The position numbers and the translations under genes were made by a program. A stretch of DNA of 56,207 nt from a plasmid: the sequence record NZ_CP117815.1. One strand, given 5' to 3'. Position 1 is the stretch's first letter, and each line of letters begins with the position of its first letter. A model generated the notes under the pieces. The model worked only from the letters and a program-made list of their open reading frames with translations. It was not told where the DNA came from and ran no database searches. Below, piece after piece: positions 19,516 to 27,642 of the stretch.

Positions 19516-19767
19516 ATGCATGAATACCAATTAATAGAGTTTAGTTCGTCCAAAAAAGAAATCCAATTGGTTTCTAATCAATCAAACTTGCAACAAGTAT
19601 TATTAGAATTTTATAAAGAGAAGTTTGAAAAGATGTTTGATGAAGACGGTTGTTCAAAGGGATACATTTCTGTATTTGTTAACTCAAAACAAATTACATC
19701 AGTTAAAGAAATTGCACTTAACCCTAATGATGAAATCTGTATTGTAACTTCGATATCAGGGGGGTAG
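19516..19767 (+). CDS. ThiS/MoaD-like ubiquitin-fold sulfur-carrier protein ending in a free Gly-Gly.
   Basis: 83 aa with C-terminus ...NPNDEICIVTSISGG-stop, the canonical beta-grasp sulfur-carrier C-terminus. Immediately upstream of the E1-like gene (4-nt gap, RBS GAGGAA). Confidence 0.7.
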   Translation: MHEYQLIEFSSSKKEIQLVSNQSNLQQVLLEFYKEKFEKMFDEDGCSKGYISVFVNSKQITSVKEIALNPNDEICIVTSISGG

Positions 19768-19771
19768 AGGA

Positions 19772-20794
19772 ATGGAACGGTATAAACGCCAGATCGCAGT
19801 GATCGGAGAGCAAAGTCAAAAAATACTAAGTAATGCAAGAATTATGATCGTTGGTCTAGGCGGTATCGGATGTCCTGTTGCTCAATATCTTGCCGCTGCT
19901 GGTGTTGGAAAGTTAATCCTAGTCGATAATGATAAAGTAGATCTTTCTAATTTACATAGACAGATTTTATTTAATGAGGCAGATGTCGGAGATTATAAAG
20001 CTGAGAAAGCGAAAGTTGCTCTAAGTCAAGTTAATTGCAATATAGTTCTTGAAGCATACACCAATAAATTTGATGTAGATTTCGGTTACTCATCAGTCTC
20101 AGATGTCGATCTGATCATCGATGGAACAGACAATTTTGAAACGAGATACCTTATTAACGATATTTGTGTCTTACAAGAAAAAGTATTTATAAGCTGTAGT
20201 ATTTTTGTAAATGTCATTCAGCTTGTTTTATTTGATACGAAACATTGCTGTTATCGTTGTTTATATCCTAACCCGCCTCCTACAGGTGCAATTCCTAACT
20301 GTTCCGAAGCGGGTGTTTTAGGCACAGTAACAGGAATAGCCGGAACCATGGCCGCTAACCTTGCTCTAAATTATTTACTTAAGGTAGAGGATGGGGAAGC
20401 ACCACAAGTACGAATAGTAGATGCAAAAAACTTTAGTATCTCCTCTTTGACTATAAAGCAAAATAATGAATGCATTGCATGCAAACAAAAGAAAATCAAC
20501 TTTGATTATTTGCAAACCAGTAGTGCTGATTATGGGATCTCCATAGAAGATCTTGATAGAAACAAGCATTTTCTGGTTGATATAAGGCAAAAAGAGGAGA
20601 GAGAGATTATAAAGTTAGATGATGATTTATTTTTTCCTATTAAGGATAATAATAATTATGCGTTTTTTTTATCTTATAAAGATAAAAAATTAGTATTTTA
20701 TTGTGCTTCAGGGTATCGAAGTAAATTGTTTGCTTCAGAGCTTAGAACGTTAGGCGTTGATGCTTATTACCTCAAAACGAGTCTGTCTAAATGA
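19772..20794 (+). CDS. E1-like adenylyltransferase (ThiF/MoeB/MoeZ family) with C-terminal rhodanese domain.
   Basis: YKRQIAVIGEQSQKILSNARIMIVGLGGIGCPVAQYLAAAGVGKLILVDNDKVDLSNLHRQ is the canonical ThiF/MoeB nucleotide-binding motif. Two CxxC pairs (CCYRC, CIAC) are present. The C-terminal FYCASGYRS is a rhodanese active-site CxxGxR loop. Confidence 0.85.
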   Translation: MERYKRQIAVIGEQSQKILSNARIMIVGLGGIGCPVAQYLAAAGVGKLILVDNDKVDLSNLHRQILFNEADVGDYKAEKAKVALSQVNCNIVLEAYTNKFDVDFGYSSVSDVDLIIDGTDNFETRYLINDICVLQEKVFISCSIFVNVIQLVLFDTKHCCYRCLYPNPPPTGAIPNCSEAGVLGTVTGIAGTMAANLALNYLLKVEDGEAPQVRIVDAKNFSISSLTIKQNNECIACKQKKINFDYLQTSSADYGISIEDLDRNKHFLVDIRQKEEREIIKLDDDLFFPIKDNNNYAFFLSYKDKKLVFYCASGYRSKLFASELRTLGVDAYYLKTSLSK

Positions 20795-21852
20795 TTATTA
20801 GGCATGCAGAAACTTCTTTTAGAGCACGTCATTTCAGTGAAACACTAAACTTATTGAATCAGTTTAAGAAACTAGCGGGAATTACTCGATTAGCAGACTT
20901 AACACATTTAGATTACACCAGCCTACCCGTCTATACTGCAATAAGGCCTAGAGCAAAATCATTAACAACGAGTCAAGGAAAAGGATTAACAAAGGAAGCA
21001 GCTAAATGTTCGGCCTTGATGGAGTCGATTGAGGTGTATTTTGCTGAAGAAATAATTCCACAAGTGACTAATAAATCAGAGCTTGAATTAACACAAAGTA
21101 ATAACCTTTTTATACCAATAAATCAACTTGCAAACTCAGTGCGGTTTACCAATCCCTCACAGCCAATAAATTGGGTATATGCTGATTTAGTATTCTCAGG
21201 GAAGACCATTCTTGTACCTTTTGCAGAATATTCATTAAATTCTTATTTACCGGAAGTTTTAATTTATTCTCCTGATACAACAGGACTCGCAGGAGGAAAT
21301 AACTATAAAGAAGCTCTGTTACACGGAATTTTGGAAGTAATTGAGAGGCAAGACGCGCAACAGATAACCGAGATTGCTTTTGTTAATAGCAATTTAGTTG
21401 AAAATTTATCAATAAGGTTTGATTGTTTCATTACTTATCAAGAAAATTATTATAGAGTTCCTTCATTTGAAGTGTTGCTTAAATCAAAAAATCCTTTTGA
21501 AAATCAAATCCTATTTAAGGGTAGTGGAAGCCATTTAAATAAAAAAATAGCCTTAAATCGTGCACTCACTGAAGCCATTCAATCGCGAGTAACTACTATA
21601 GCAGGTTCTCGAGATGATCTAATTAATACTAAATATGATTCTAAGGCCAGTGAGTTTCCTGTTGTTATGAATAAAAAGAACTTCGATGAAGTACAGGATT
21701 ATTCTGTAGGGACAATAGAGGATGCACTTTCTGTACTCTATGAAAAGATTAAAGAAAATAATCAGGATATTTTAGTGTACACGTATTATGACAAAGAAAT
21801 TTGTATTGTGAAGGTTAAACTAATTTCTATGGACTTGATAAGCCATGTATGA
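20791..21852 (+). CDS. YcaO-domain protein (ATP-dependent peptide-backbone amide-activating enzyme).
   Basis: TSQGKGLTKEAAKCSALMESIEVYF and TGLAGGNNYKEALLHGILEVIERQDAQ match the two conserved YcaO motifs (sGKG.t...A..sAl.Ea.E ; G.A.G....A.l.gl.E.iER). Overlaps the upstream gene by 4 nt. Confidence 0.8.
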   Translation: MIIRHAETSFRARHFSETLNLLNQFKKLAGITRLADLTHLDYTSLPVYTAIRPRAKSLTTSQGKGLTKEAAKCSALMESIEVYFAEEIIPQVTNKSELELTQSNNLFIPINQLANSVRFTNPSQPINWVYADLVFSGKTILVPFAEYSLNSYLPEVLIYSPDTTGLAGGNNYKEALLHGILEVIERQDAQQITEIAFVNSNLVENLSIRFDCFITYQENYYRVPSFEVLLKSKNPFENQILFKGSGSHLNKKIALNRALTEAIQSRVTTIAGSRDDLINTKYDSKASEFPVVMNKKNFDEVQDYSVGTIEDALSVLYEKIKENNQDILVYTYYDKEICIVKVKLISMDLISHV

Positions 21853-22879
21853 AACAGTCGTTTTTTTAGAAACCTCTTTATCCCATCAAGAAGCGATGCA
21901 TCTATTGCCAGATGCAAAGTATCTACCATCAATTAAAAAGGGTGATGTGCTTAAATCAATAAATGATGGATATAAACGAATTGTCATCATTGATGGAAAT
22001 TTTTCTTGTGTTCCTTCTGTTTGGCATAAAGAAATATTAACTGCCCTAGACTATGGTTTAGAGGTATTCGGAGCTGCTTCAATGGGGGCTTTGAGAGCAG
22101 CAGAGCTGGATGCTTTTGGTATGAAAGGGTATGGGCGTATTTATGAGATGTATAAGAATGAAGAAATTGATGGTGATGATGAAGTTGCCATTGCTTATTC
22201 TAAATACAACAATGAGCAAACCATTCCTTTGATCAATATTCGTCTGACGCTTGAAAGAATAAATATAACTAATAAGGAAACGATTTTAGATTCTATTCGA
22301 TCAATATTTTATGCTGAGAGAACATGGGGTAGGATTGCCCAACAGGTTTCAGAGGAACTTTATCATTTAATTAAGTCCAATTATGCGGACGTGAAAAAAG
22401 AGGATGCAAAATCCTTATTGTTTTATTTAAATCACCAGCAAATCCTTCCAATGACTTTAGCCTTTGGTAAGAAAAAAAGAAATTTTACCCTTTTTGAAAA
22501 AAAATTAATTGAAGCTACTTTATCGCCTGTTTGGTTGAATTCTCATGAACTAGAGCAAATAGGAGAAGTGGCTCATCTTCAGCGAGCTGAAAATATTGTT
22601 AAATTACTATCCATTCCTAAAACAAAAGCTAATATGCTTCATTATCAATCTATAATAGCAATGCTAGATAAACAAGAATACGAAATAACCGAATGCGAGC
22701 TTATCTACCAGGTAGAACTATTTAGAGAGGAGCGTAATCTGTTGAAGGGAGATGAGTTTGTTAATTGGTTAAAGGATAGAGGTTTGTATGACTCCAATCT
22801 AGAGCAACTCTTTTACGACTATGTAAAATTATCTAAATACTTTGCGATTACCTACGATTACAATAGCTATTTCAATTAA
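21845..22879 (+). CDS. TfuA-like protein (YcaO partner in peptide thioamidation).
   Basis: ...IVIIDGNFSCVPSVWHKEILTALDYGLEVFGAASMGALRAAELDAFGMKGYGRIYEMY...DGDDEVAIAY matches the TfuA core (IIDG.F...V.H.EIL.AL..G..V.GA.SMGALRAAEL...GM.G.G.I...DDEVA). Overlaps YcaO by 8 nt. Confidence 0.85.
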   Translation: MYETVVFLETSLSHQEAMHLLPDAKYLPSIKKGDVLKSINDGYKRIVIIDGNFSCVPSVWHKEILTALDYGLEVFGAASMGALRAAELDAFGMKGYGRIYEMYKNEEIDGDDEVAIAYSKYNNEQTIPLINIRLTLERINITNKETILDSIRSIFYAERTWGRIAQQVSEELYHLIKSNYADVKKEDAKSLLFYLNHQQILPMTLAFGKKKRNFTLFEKKLIEATLSPVWLNSHELEQIGEVAHLQRAENIVKLLSIPKTKANMLHYQSIIAMLDKQEYEITECELIYQVELFREERNLLKGDEFVNWLKDRGLYDSNLEQLFYDYVKLSKYFAITYDYNSYFN

Positions 22880-22922
22880 ATTCCACACCCTAAAAATTTT
22901 TTCCACTTTTTTATTATCCTTG

Positions 22923-22942
22923 CACCTAGGTGAATGCACCTG
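22923..22942. promoter_or_regulatory. Perfect 10-bp palindrome CACCTAGGTG plus an adjacent half-site repeat GCACCTG, 28 bp upstream of the small ORF/csrA-like operon; candidate operator.
   Basis: CACCTAGGTG at 22923-22932 is self-complementary. GCACCTG at 22936-22942. Confidence 0.35.
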
Positions 22943-22949
22943 ATCTTAA

Positions 22950-23177
22950 ATGATGATTCAATGGCATTATCGCTTATCAAAGAAATTCATTATGAATGCA
23001 GAACAAGAGGTGTTCGATATTTTAGAAGGTTGTATTTTGTGCTTGCAAAAAGCAGCTACAGAAATCGGTGGCTTTGATTTTGATAAACACGCACAAGCAG
23101 CAGTGTTTGCATATTCTTTATTAAAGCGGCAGCAATTGTTTTTAATTTATCCATTTGAGAATGAGACAGTGCATTAA
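22950..23177 (+). CDS. Small hypothetical protein (75 aa) directly upstream of the csrA-like gene; positionally comparable to lvrB of Legionella ICE regulatory modules.
   Basis: Intact ORF. No motif recognised. The assignment is by position only. Confidence 0.35.
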   Translation: MMIQWHYRLSKKFIMNAEQEVFDILEGCILCLQKAATEIGGFDFDKHAQAAVFAYSLLKRQQLFLIYPFENETVH

Positions 23178-23233
23178 ACGATGCTATCAATAAATTACTT
23201 TTTCTAAATAATCAATAGAAGAGGAAGGGGAAT

Positions 23234-23392
23234 ATGTTGATATTAAAACGCAGGGTAGGGGAGACAGTAGCGATAGAAAACAAAGTGTTTTGTATGGTAC
23301 TGGATCATCAACGGGATGGTCAGTTGAAGTTAGCGTTTGATGCGCCAGAATGTGTTCCATTCCATCGTTTTGAAATTCAAGAGGGTTCATGA
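23234..23392 (+). CDS. csrA: CsrA-family RNA-binding regulator paralog (52 aa; lvrC/csrT-like). Not in the supplied ORF track because it is under 60 aa.
   Basis: Translation MLILKRRVGETVAIENKVFCMVLDHQRDGQLKLAFDAPECVPFHRFEIQEGS: MLILxRxxGExxxI followed by V.v..v.......lg..AP..v.i.R.E matches CsrA. Strong RBS GAGGAAGGGG 4-13 nt upstream. Confidence 0.8.
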   Translation: MLILKRRVGETVAIENKVFCMVLDHQRDGQLKLAFDAPECVPFHRFEIQEGS

Positions 23393-23525
23393 AAAAAATT
23401 CAGGATGGAGCTTATAGACGAGAAATCAGTTGGGATGGAACTATGATTAATCGATTAATAAAAAAGTTTAGGAAGTGTTTTACTGGAATTCATGACTAAT
23501 TGTTAGGACAAATAAGGATAATACA

Positions 23526-24272
23526 ATGATTGAAACTATGAAATCAGGACTTACTAAAACCCTACTGGCTAGTGTTGTAATAGTGCTTACGGGATGTGCA
23601 GCAACTCATACTGCTATAGAGCACGGTTCTTTACAAGTCAGCACCAAACAAAGTGAAACGATTTTTTTGGATCCAGTCCCAAACACTCAGAAGACAGTTT
23701 ATGTTTCAGTAAAAAACACATCGGATGAAGACGTGGATATTGCTCCTCAATTAAAAACAGTCTTAAGCGCGCATGGCTATAAGGTTGTTAATAGTCCAAG
23801 TTCAGCTCACTATCTGTTACAAGCCAACGTACTCAAGGTGGGTAAAATGAGCGTTGCTGCAAGTCAATCTGCGTTGGGTGGGGGTTATGGTTCTGCCATT
23901 GCGGGCGCAGCAGCAGGTAGTGCTGCAGGAAGTTTGACTCAATCAAGCACTGGTATGATAGTGGGTGGCCTTGCTGGCGGGGTCATTGGGATGGCTACTG
24001 ATTCTTTAGTCAAAGATGTGAATTACACCATGATAACCGATGTCCAAATCAGTGAGAGAGTCGGTAAGGGCATTAAAATCAATGAGCAGTTCCAATCTCA
24101 TTTAAAAAACGGTAGCAGCACGGTTACTTCCCAAACATCATCGCGCGATAGTCAATATCAGCGCTATAGAACCCGCGTGGTATCTAACGCAGACAAAGTC
24201 AATTTAAAATTTCAAGAGGCTCGTCCTTCATTAGAACAGGGATTAGTCAAAGTGATTTCAGGAATCTTCTAA
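23526..24272 (+). CDS. Lipoprotein with glycine-zipper segment (OM lipoprotein/17-kDa antigen-like).
   Basis: Lipobox VLTGC. Gly-zipper GGGYGSAIAGAAAGSAAGS...GMIVGGLAGGVIGMA. Confidence 0.55.
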   Translation: MIETMKSGLTKTLLASVVIVLTGCAATHTAIEHGSLQVSTKQSETIFLDPVPNTQKTVYVSVKNTSDEDVDIAPQLKTVLSAHGYKVVNSPSSAHYLLQANVLKVGKMSVAASQSALGGGYGSAIAGAAAGSAAGSLTQSSTGMIVGGLAGGVIGMATDSLVKDVNYTMITDVQISERVGKGIKINEQFQSHLKNGSSTVTSQTSSRDSQYQRYRTRVVSNADKVNLKFQEARPSLEQGLVKVISGIF

Positions 24273-24327
24273 TGAGTCAAAGAACTTAAAAAGAGATTTT
24301 ATTCTCGTAATAAAAACATTGTGATTT

Positions 24328-24360
24328 TTGCTTAAAAATTAAGCAATTTAGGTGCTTAAG
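24328..24360. promoter_or_regulatory. Inverted repeat TTGCTTAA-aaa-TTAAGCAA plus a third GCTTAAG half-site immediately upstream of traA; candidate operator in the tra promoter region.
   Basis: 8-bp perfect arms at 24328-24335 and 24339-24346. GCTTAAG at 24354-24360. 32-64 nt upstream of the traA ATG. Confidence 0.35.
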
Positions 24361-24391
24361 GGATTTTTATAACCTAAAAACGGAGAAAGTA

Positions 24392-24679
24392 ATGAAAATG
24401 GGTAAAAAGATAGTCAGTTTGATGCAAAAAGCAGGCTCGGCGTTCATGTTTGCAATGCTTTCAAAAAGTGTCTTTGCCAATGACTTATTGGCTCGTGCAT
24501 TAGAAGGAGATGTCAAAGATTCGCTGGGAAGTGGTTCGATGTTTTGGAAAATCTTTATTTTGGTGGACATCATTCTTGCAACCGCAATGGCCGTCAAAAG
24601 CAAGAATCCCATGGTGTTTATTGGCGTGACTGCGGTTGCCTTTATTCCAGCCTTTTTACTGAAAACCTTTGTTTTTTGA
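24392..24679 (+). CDS. traA: F-type propilin TraA.
   Basis: First gene of the tra operon. 95 aa with a basic leader ending ...SVFA, then a short hydrophilic segment and two hydrophobic helices (WKIFILVDIILATAMAV / MVFIGVTAVAFIPAFLL), as in F pilin. RBS GGAG. Confidence 0.7.
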   Translation: MKMGKKIVSLMQKAGSAFMFAMLSKSVFANDLLARALEGDVKDSLGSGSMFWKIFILVDIILATAMAVKSKNPMVFIGVTAVAFIPAFLLKTFVF

Positions 24680-24691
24680 TGGAGGAAGGAG

Positions 24692-24988
24692 ATGAGTAAC
24701 ATGAACTATCAATTCTTAAACCACATTGATGCGCCCAAGAGGGTCTTAACGCTAACCATGGATGAGCTGGTAGTGACGGCCTTAAGCTTTATCTTGCTCA
24801 TCCTCTCCAATCAAAAAGTATTGGTATCAATGTTGGGATTGGGTTTGTTAAGTGGGTTGCGGCATTTGAAGAAAGGGGAGGGTCCAAAGGTGCTTTTAGT
24901 GTTGGCTTATTGGTATTTACCCAGTTATATCACTCAGTTTTTTCTGCCCAAATTACCTTTATCACACCACCGTGTGTATGTGGCTTAA
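24692..24988 (+). CDS. traL: TraL (pilus assembly, small inner-membrane protein).
   Basis: 98 aa, one TM, directly after traA as in F. RBS GGAGGAAGGAG. Confidence 0.65.
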   Translation: MSNMNYQFLNHIDAPKRVLTLTMDELVVTALSFILLILSNQKVLVSMLGLGLLSGLRHLKKGEGPKVLLVLAYWYLPSYITQFFLPKLPLSHHRVYVA

Positions 24989-24997
24989 GGAGAGAGC

Positions 24998-25567
24998 ATG
25001 GATTTTAAAAGTTATCAAAGCCGCTTAAGTCAGCTGTCAGCACGGTTTAATCTGATGGTTGTTTTAGTATTTGGCCTTTTGATATCGAACGTTTTGCTGT
25101 CTTGCTTTTTATTTAAAGCATGGAATCAACATACGATTGAGGTCACTCCTTTTAGTGGTGCGCCTTCTTATTTGAAATCAGCTTCCAGTGTTGATGGCCA
25201 CTATTTAAGCCTGATGGCAGAAAACTTTGTTAATGAACGTTTAAGCGTCACACCAGAAACGGTAGATGCCAGCCATCAACGCCTTCTTTCTTATGTTGGG
25301 CATCAAAACTACAACCAAATGCTACGGCTACTAACTAATGAGGCCAAGGTCATCAAAGATAAAAAAATGTCGTCCATTTTTTATATTGATAAAAATAAAG
25401 CCAACCCACACGAACTGACTGTCGTTGTTTCAGGGATTTTGAAGCGGTTTGTAGGGCTTCAAGCAGTAAATGACGAGCGTAAAACTTATGTTTTGCAGTT
25501 CCAATACAAAGACAGCCGTCTATCCATAGTTCAGTTTGCGCCTTTAAAGGAGAAACAAGATGCATAA
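24998..25567 (+). CDS. traE: TraE (VirB5-position inner-membrane pilus assembly protein).
   Basis: 189 aa with an N-terminal TM. Position and size match F TraE (188 aa). Confidence 0.65.
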   Translation: MDFKSYQSRLSQLSARFNLMVVLVFGLLISNVLLSCFLFKAWNQHTIEVTPFSGAPSYLKSASSVDGHYLSLMAENFVNERLSVTPETVDASHQRLLSYVGHQNYNQMLRLLTNEAKVIKDKKMSSIFYIDKNKANPHELTVVVSGILKRFVGLQAVNDERKTYVLQFQYKDSRLSIVQFAPLKEKQDA

Positions 25568-26276
25568 ACCATTCAGTATTGCGCTGGCCTTATTATCAAC
25601 GGTTGCAATGGGAGCTAACAGCATCCCCGTGAAAGACAACAGTGATATTGCATTAACTTTAAGTCAGGGTAACTACAACCGTCTTGTAGTCAAGAACGAT
25701 AAAATTATGGAAGCTGTATTCCCACCAAACGCTATGGCCATTAAGCGTGATGAGCAGGATGGCTCGGTGTATGTTATGCTCGCAGCCGCCAATCCCTTTA
25801 CTTTATTTTTAACCACTGAGTCAGGCCGACATTTTTCAGTGACCGTAAATGGAGAAGAGTCACTGGGCAAGACCATTGAACTGGTTCCCGTGCTGCCAGT
25901 GGTTGCTGCATCCAAGACTCACGCCCCAATAACAAACCCTAAAAAAATCACTCAGGAAGCAGTCCCTGAAGCTATTATTGCCATGCTAACCCACATGGAA
26001 CAACAAAAGCCATTTGCCGATGTGAAAGTAAGACGTCAATTTGGCCGCGCGGAGCACTGGTCAAAAGGATTAACGCTTTTACCCAAAGAGTCGTGGGACA
26101 GCAAGTTGTTAAAGGGCGAAACCATCGAATTGTACAATGGCGGTAAAGAACCCCTGGAATTAGCGCAAGATTGGTTTGCTAAAGAAGGTACGCTTGCGAT
26201 TAAGTTTTCCAAACCTTCCATTAAACCTGGAGAGCGTGCCATGCTGTATCGTGTGGAAGCGAGTCATCATGGCTAA
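25560..26276 (+). CDS. traK: TraK (VirB9-like, periplasmic/OM core).
   Basis: 238 aa with a signal peptide. Position and size as F TraK (242 aa). Overlaps traE by 8 nt. Confidence 0.65.
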   Translation: MHKPFSIALALLSTVAMGANSIPVKDNSDIALTLSQGNYNRLVVKNDKIMEAVFPPNAMAIKRDEQDGSVYVMLAAANPFTLFLTTESGRHFSVTVNGEESLGKTIELVPVLPVVAASKTHAPITNPKKITQEAVPEAIIAMLTHMEQQKPFADVKVRRQFGRAEHWSKGLTLLPKESWDSKLLKGETIELYNGGKEPLELAQDWFAKEGTLAIKFSKPSIKPGERAMLYRVEASHHG

Positions 26277-27642
26277 CTGGCAGTGGAATAAAATGGTTAA
26301 AGGGCGTCAAGTGCGCACCTTGATTGTCGTAGGATGTGGTCTGTTTTTTCTCTTTGCTATGATGATTGTGCTATTGGCCGATGATCGTCCCAAAAAGAAT
26401 CTTGAGGCTAAAAAATCAGTGAATTTAACAGGAATCATAGAGGAATCGTTTACTGATGCGGTGGCTGACAATGCACTCACAGCACAACAAACAGAGCTTG
26501 AATCATTAAAAAAGCAAGTTAGTGAATTGACCCTTAACATTAAATCAATGGCCGAGGCACATCAAAAAGAATTGCAAGCGCAAAAAGAAGAATTGACCTC
26601 TCAAGTACAAGAATTGGTTTTAGCTAATCAGGAAAAACAAAGTAATTCGGAACAACAAGATAACCCTTCCGAATTAAAGGAAGTTCAAAACCCTCAGCTA
26701 TGGCATAACCCCAACGTGTATTCCATGAATAATACGATGAATAGAGGTACGGTTTTGTCTGATGCCATTCCACGTATCCACACCGTCTCTTTTCGTCCAA
26801 AACGACACATTACAAAGAAGCACCACAATTTCTATCTTAATCCTGCTCATTATGTGCCTTCTAATACATCAGTACGTGCCGTCATTTTAGGTGGTGCGGA
26901 TGCAGATGCTTCAGTGAATGGCCAATCGAAAAATAATGGCGTGATGCTCTTTAAGTTTCTAGAAGACGGTACGCTACCGAATGGTCAGCGCTCACGCTTA
27001 AGAGGGTGCCGAGTCAGTGCCAATTCCTACGGTGATATTTCCAGCGAGCGTGCTTTTGCCACACTCTATCGTTTGTCTTGCGCTCATCCAGGCGAACCCA
27101 TTATTGACAAGGAAGTTACAGGCTGGGTGTTTTTCAATGGCAAGGTGGGTATTAAAGGGAAACCATTGATGCGAGATAACAAAGTGATGACTTGGGCTGG
27201 TGTGAGTGGTGCCTTGTCTGGTATTGCAAGTGCTGCACAATACGCGCAAAGCGTACAAGCCATTGGACCATATGGCGCAACATCCGTTGTGCCAAGCAGT
27301 CAAATTGCACCCTTTGCAGCTTATGGTGGTGCTTCCAAAGCAGCTGACACCTTATCTCAGTACTATGTCAAACGAGCAGAACAATACCATCCGGTGATTC
27401 AGGTAGGTTCTGGCAATGTGGTTACCATCGTCTTTAAAGATGGCTTTTACTTGGAGCCCGATGAAGACAAGAGCCAACATGCGATGCAGAGGTATAAAGC
27501 GCAGGAGGAAACACAGGAATTGATTTCTAGAGGTGAGGAAGAGAAGAACTCGGAAATGAATTTTACAGTCCCTCCAGAAGTCTTGGGAAAAATTAACCGT
27601 GTGAATACCTTAAGCCGCAATGAAACAGGAGGTTTACAATGA
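26269..27642 (+). CDS. traB: TraB (VirB10-like).
   Basis: Start chosen at ATG 26269 (MANWQWNK...), overlapping the traK stop; the track's 26176 start is an in-frame upstream extension. N-terminal TM, coiled-coil with QQ-rich linker, conserved C-terminal domain. Size about F TraB (475 aa). Confidence 0.7.
   Translation: MANWQWNKMVKGRQVRTLIVVGCGLFFLFAMMIVLLADDRPKKNLEAKKSVNLTGIIEESFTDAVADNALTAQQTELESLKKQVSELTLNIKSMAEAHQKELQAQKEELTSQVQELVLANQEKQSNSEQQDNPSELKEVQNPQLWHNPNVYSMNNTMNRGTVLSDAIPRIHTVSFRPKRHITKKHHNFYLNPAHYVPSNTSVRAVILGGADADASVNGQSKNNGVMLFKFLEDGTLPNGQRSRLRGCRVSANSYGDISSERAFATLYRLSCAHPGEPIIDKEVTGWVFFNGKVGIKGKPLMRDNKVMTWAGVSGALSGIASAAQYAQSVQAIGPYGATSVVPSSQIAPFAAYGGASKAADTLSQYYVKRAEQYHPVIQVGSGNVVTIVFKDGFYLEPDEDKSQHAMQRYKAQEETQELISRGEEEKNSEMNFTVPPEVLGKINRVNTLSRNETGGLQ

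Noticed and set aside
26176-26268. Long N-terminal extensions in the ORF track for traB (26176), traC (27890), traU (31429), trbC (32405), the traS-position ORF (39956), the ATP-grasp (18190) and SRAP (10685).
   Set aside because: The upstream in-frame starts overlap the preceding gene, lack an RBS, and precede the signal peptide or conserved N-terminus (for example MCGR for SRAP). The downstream ATG with an RBS was chosen instead.
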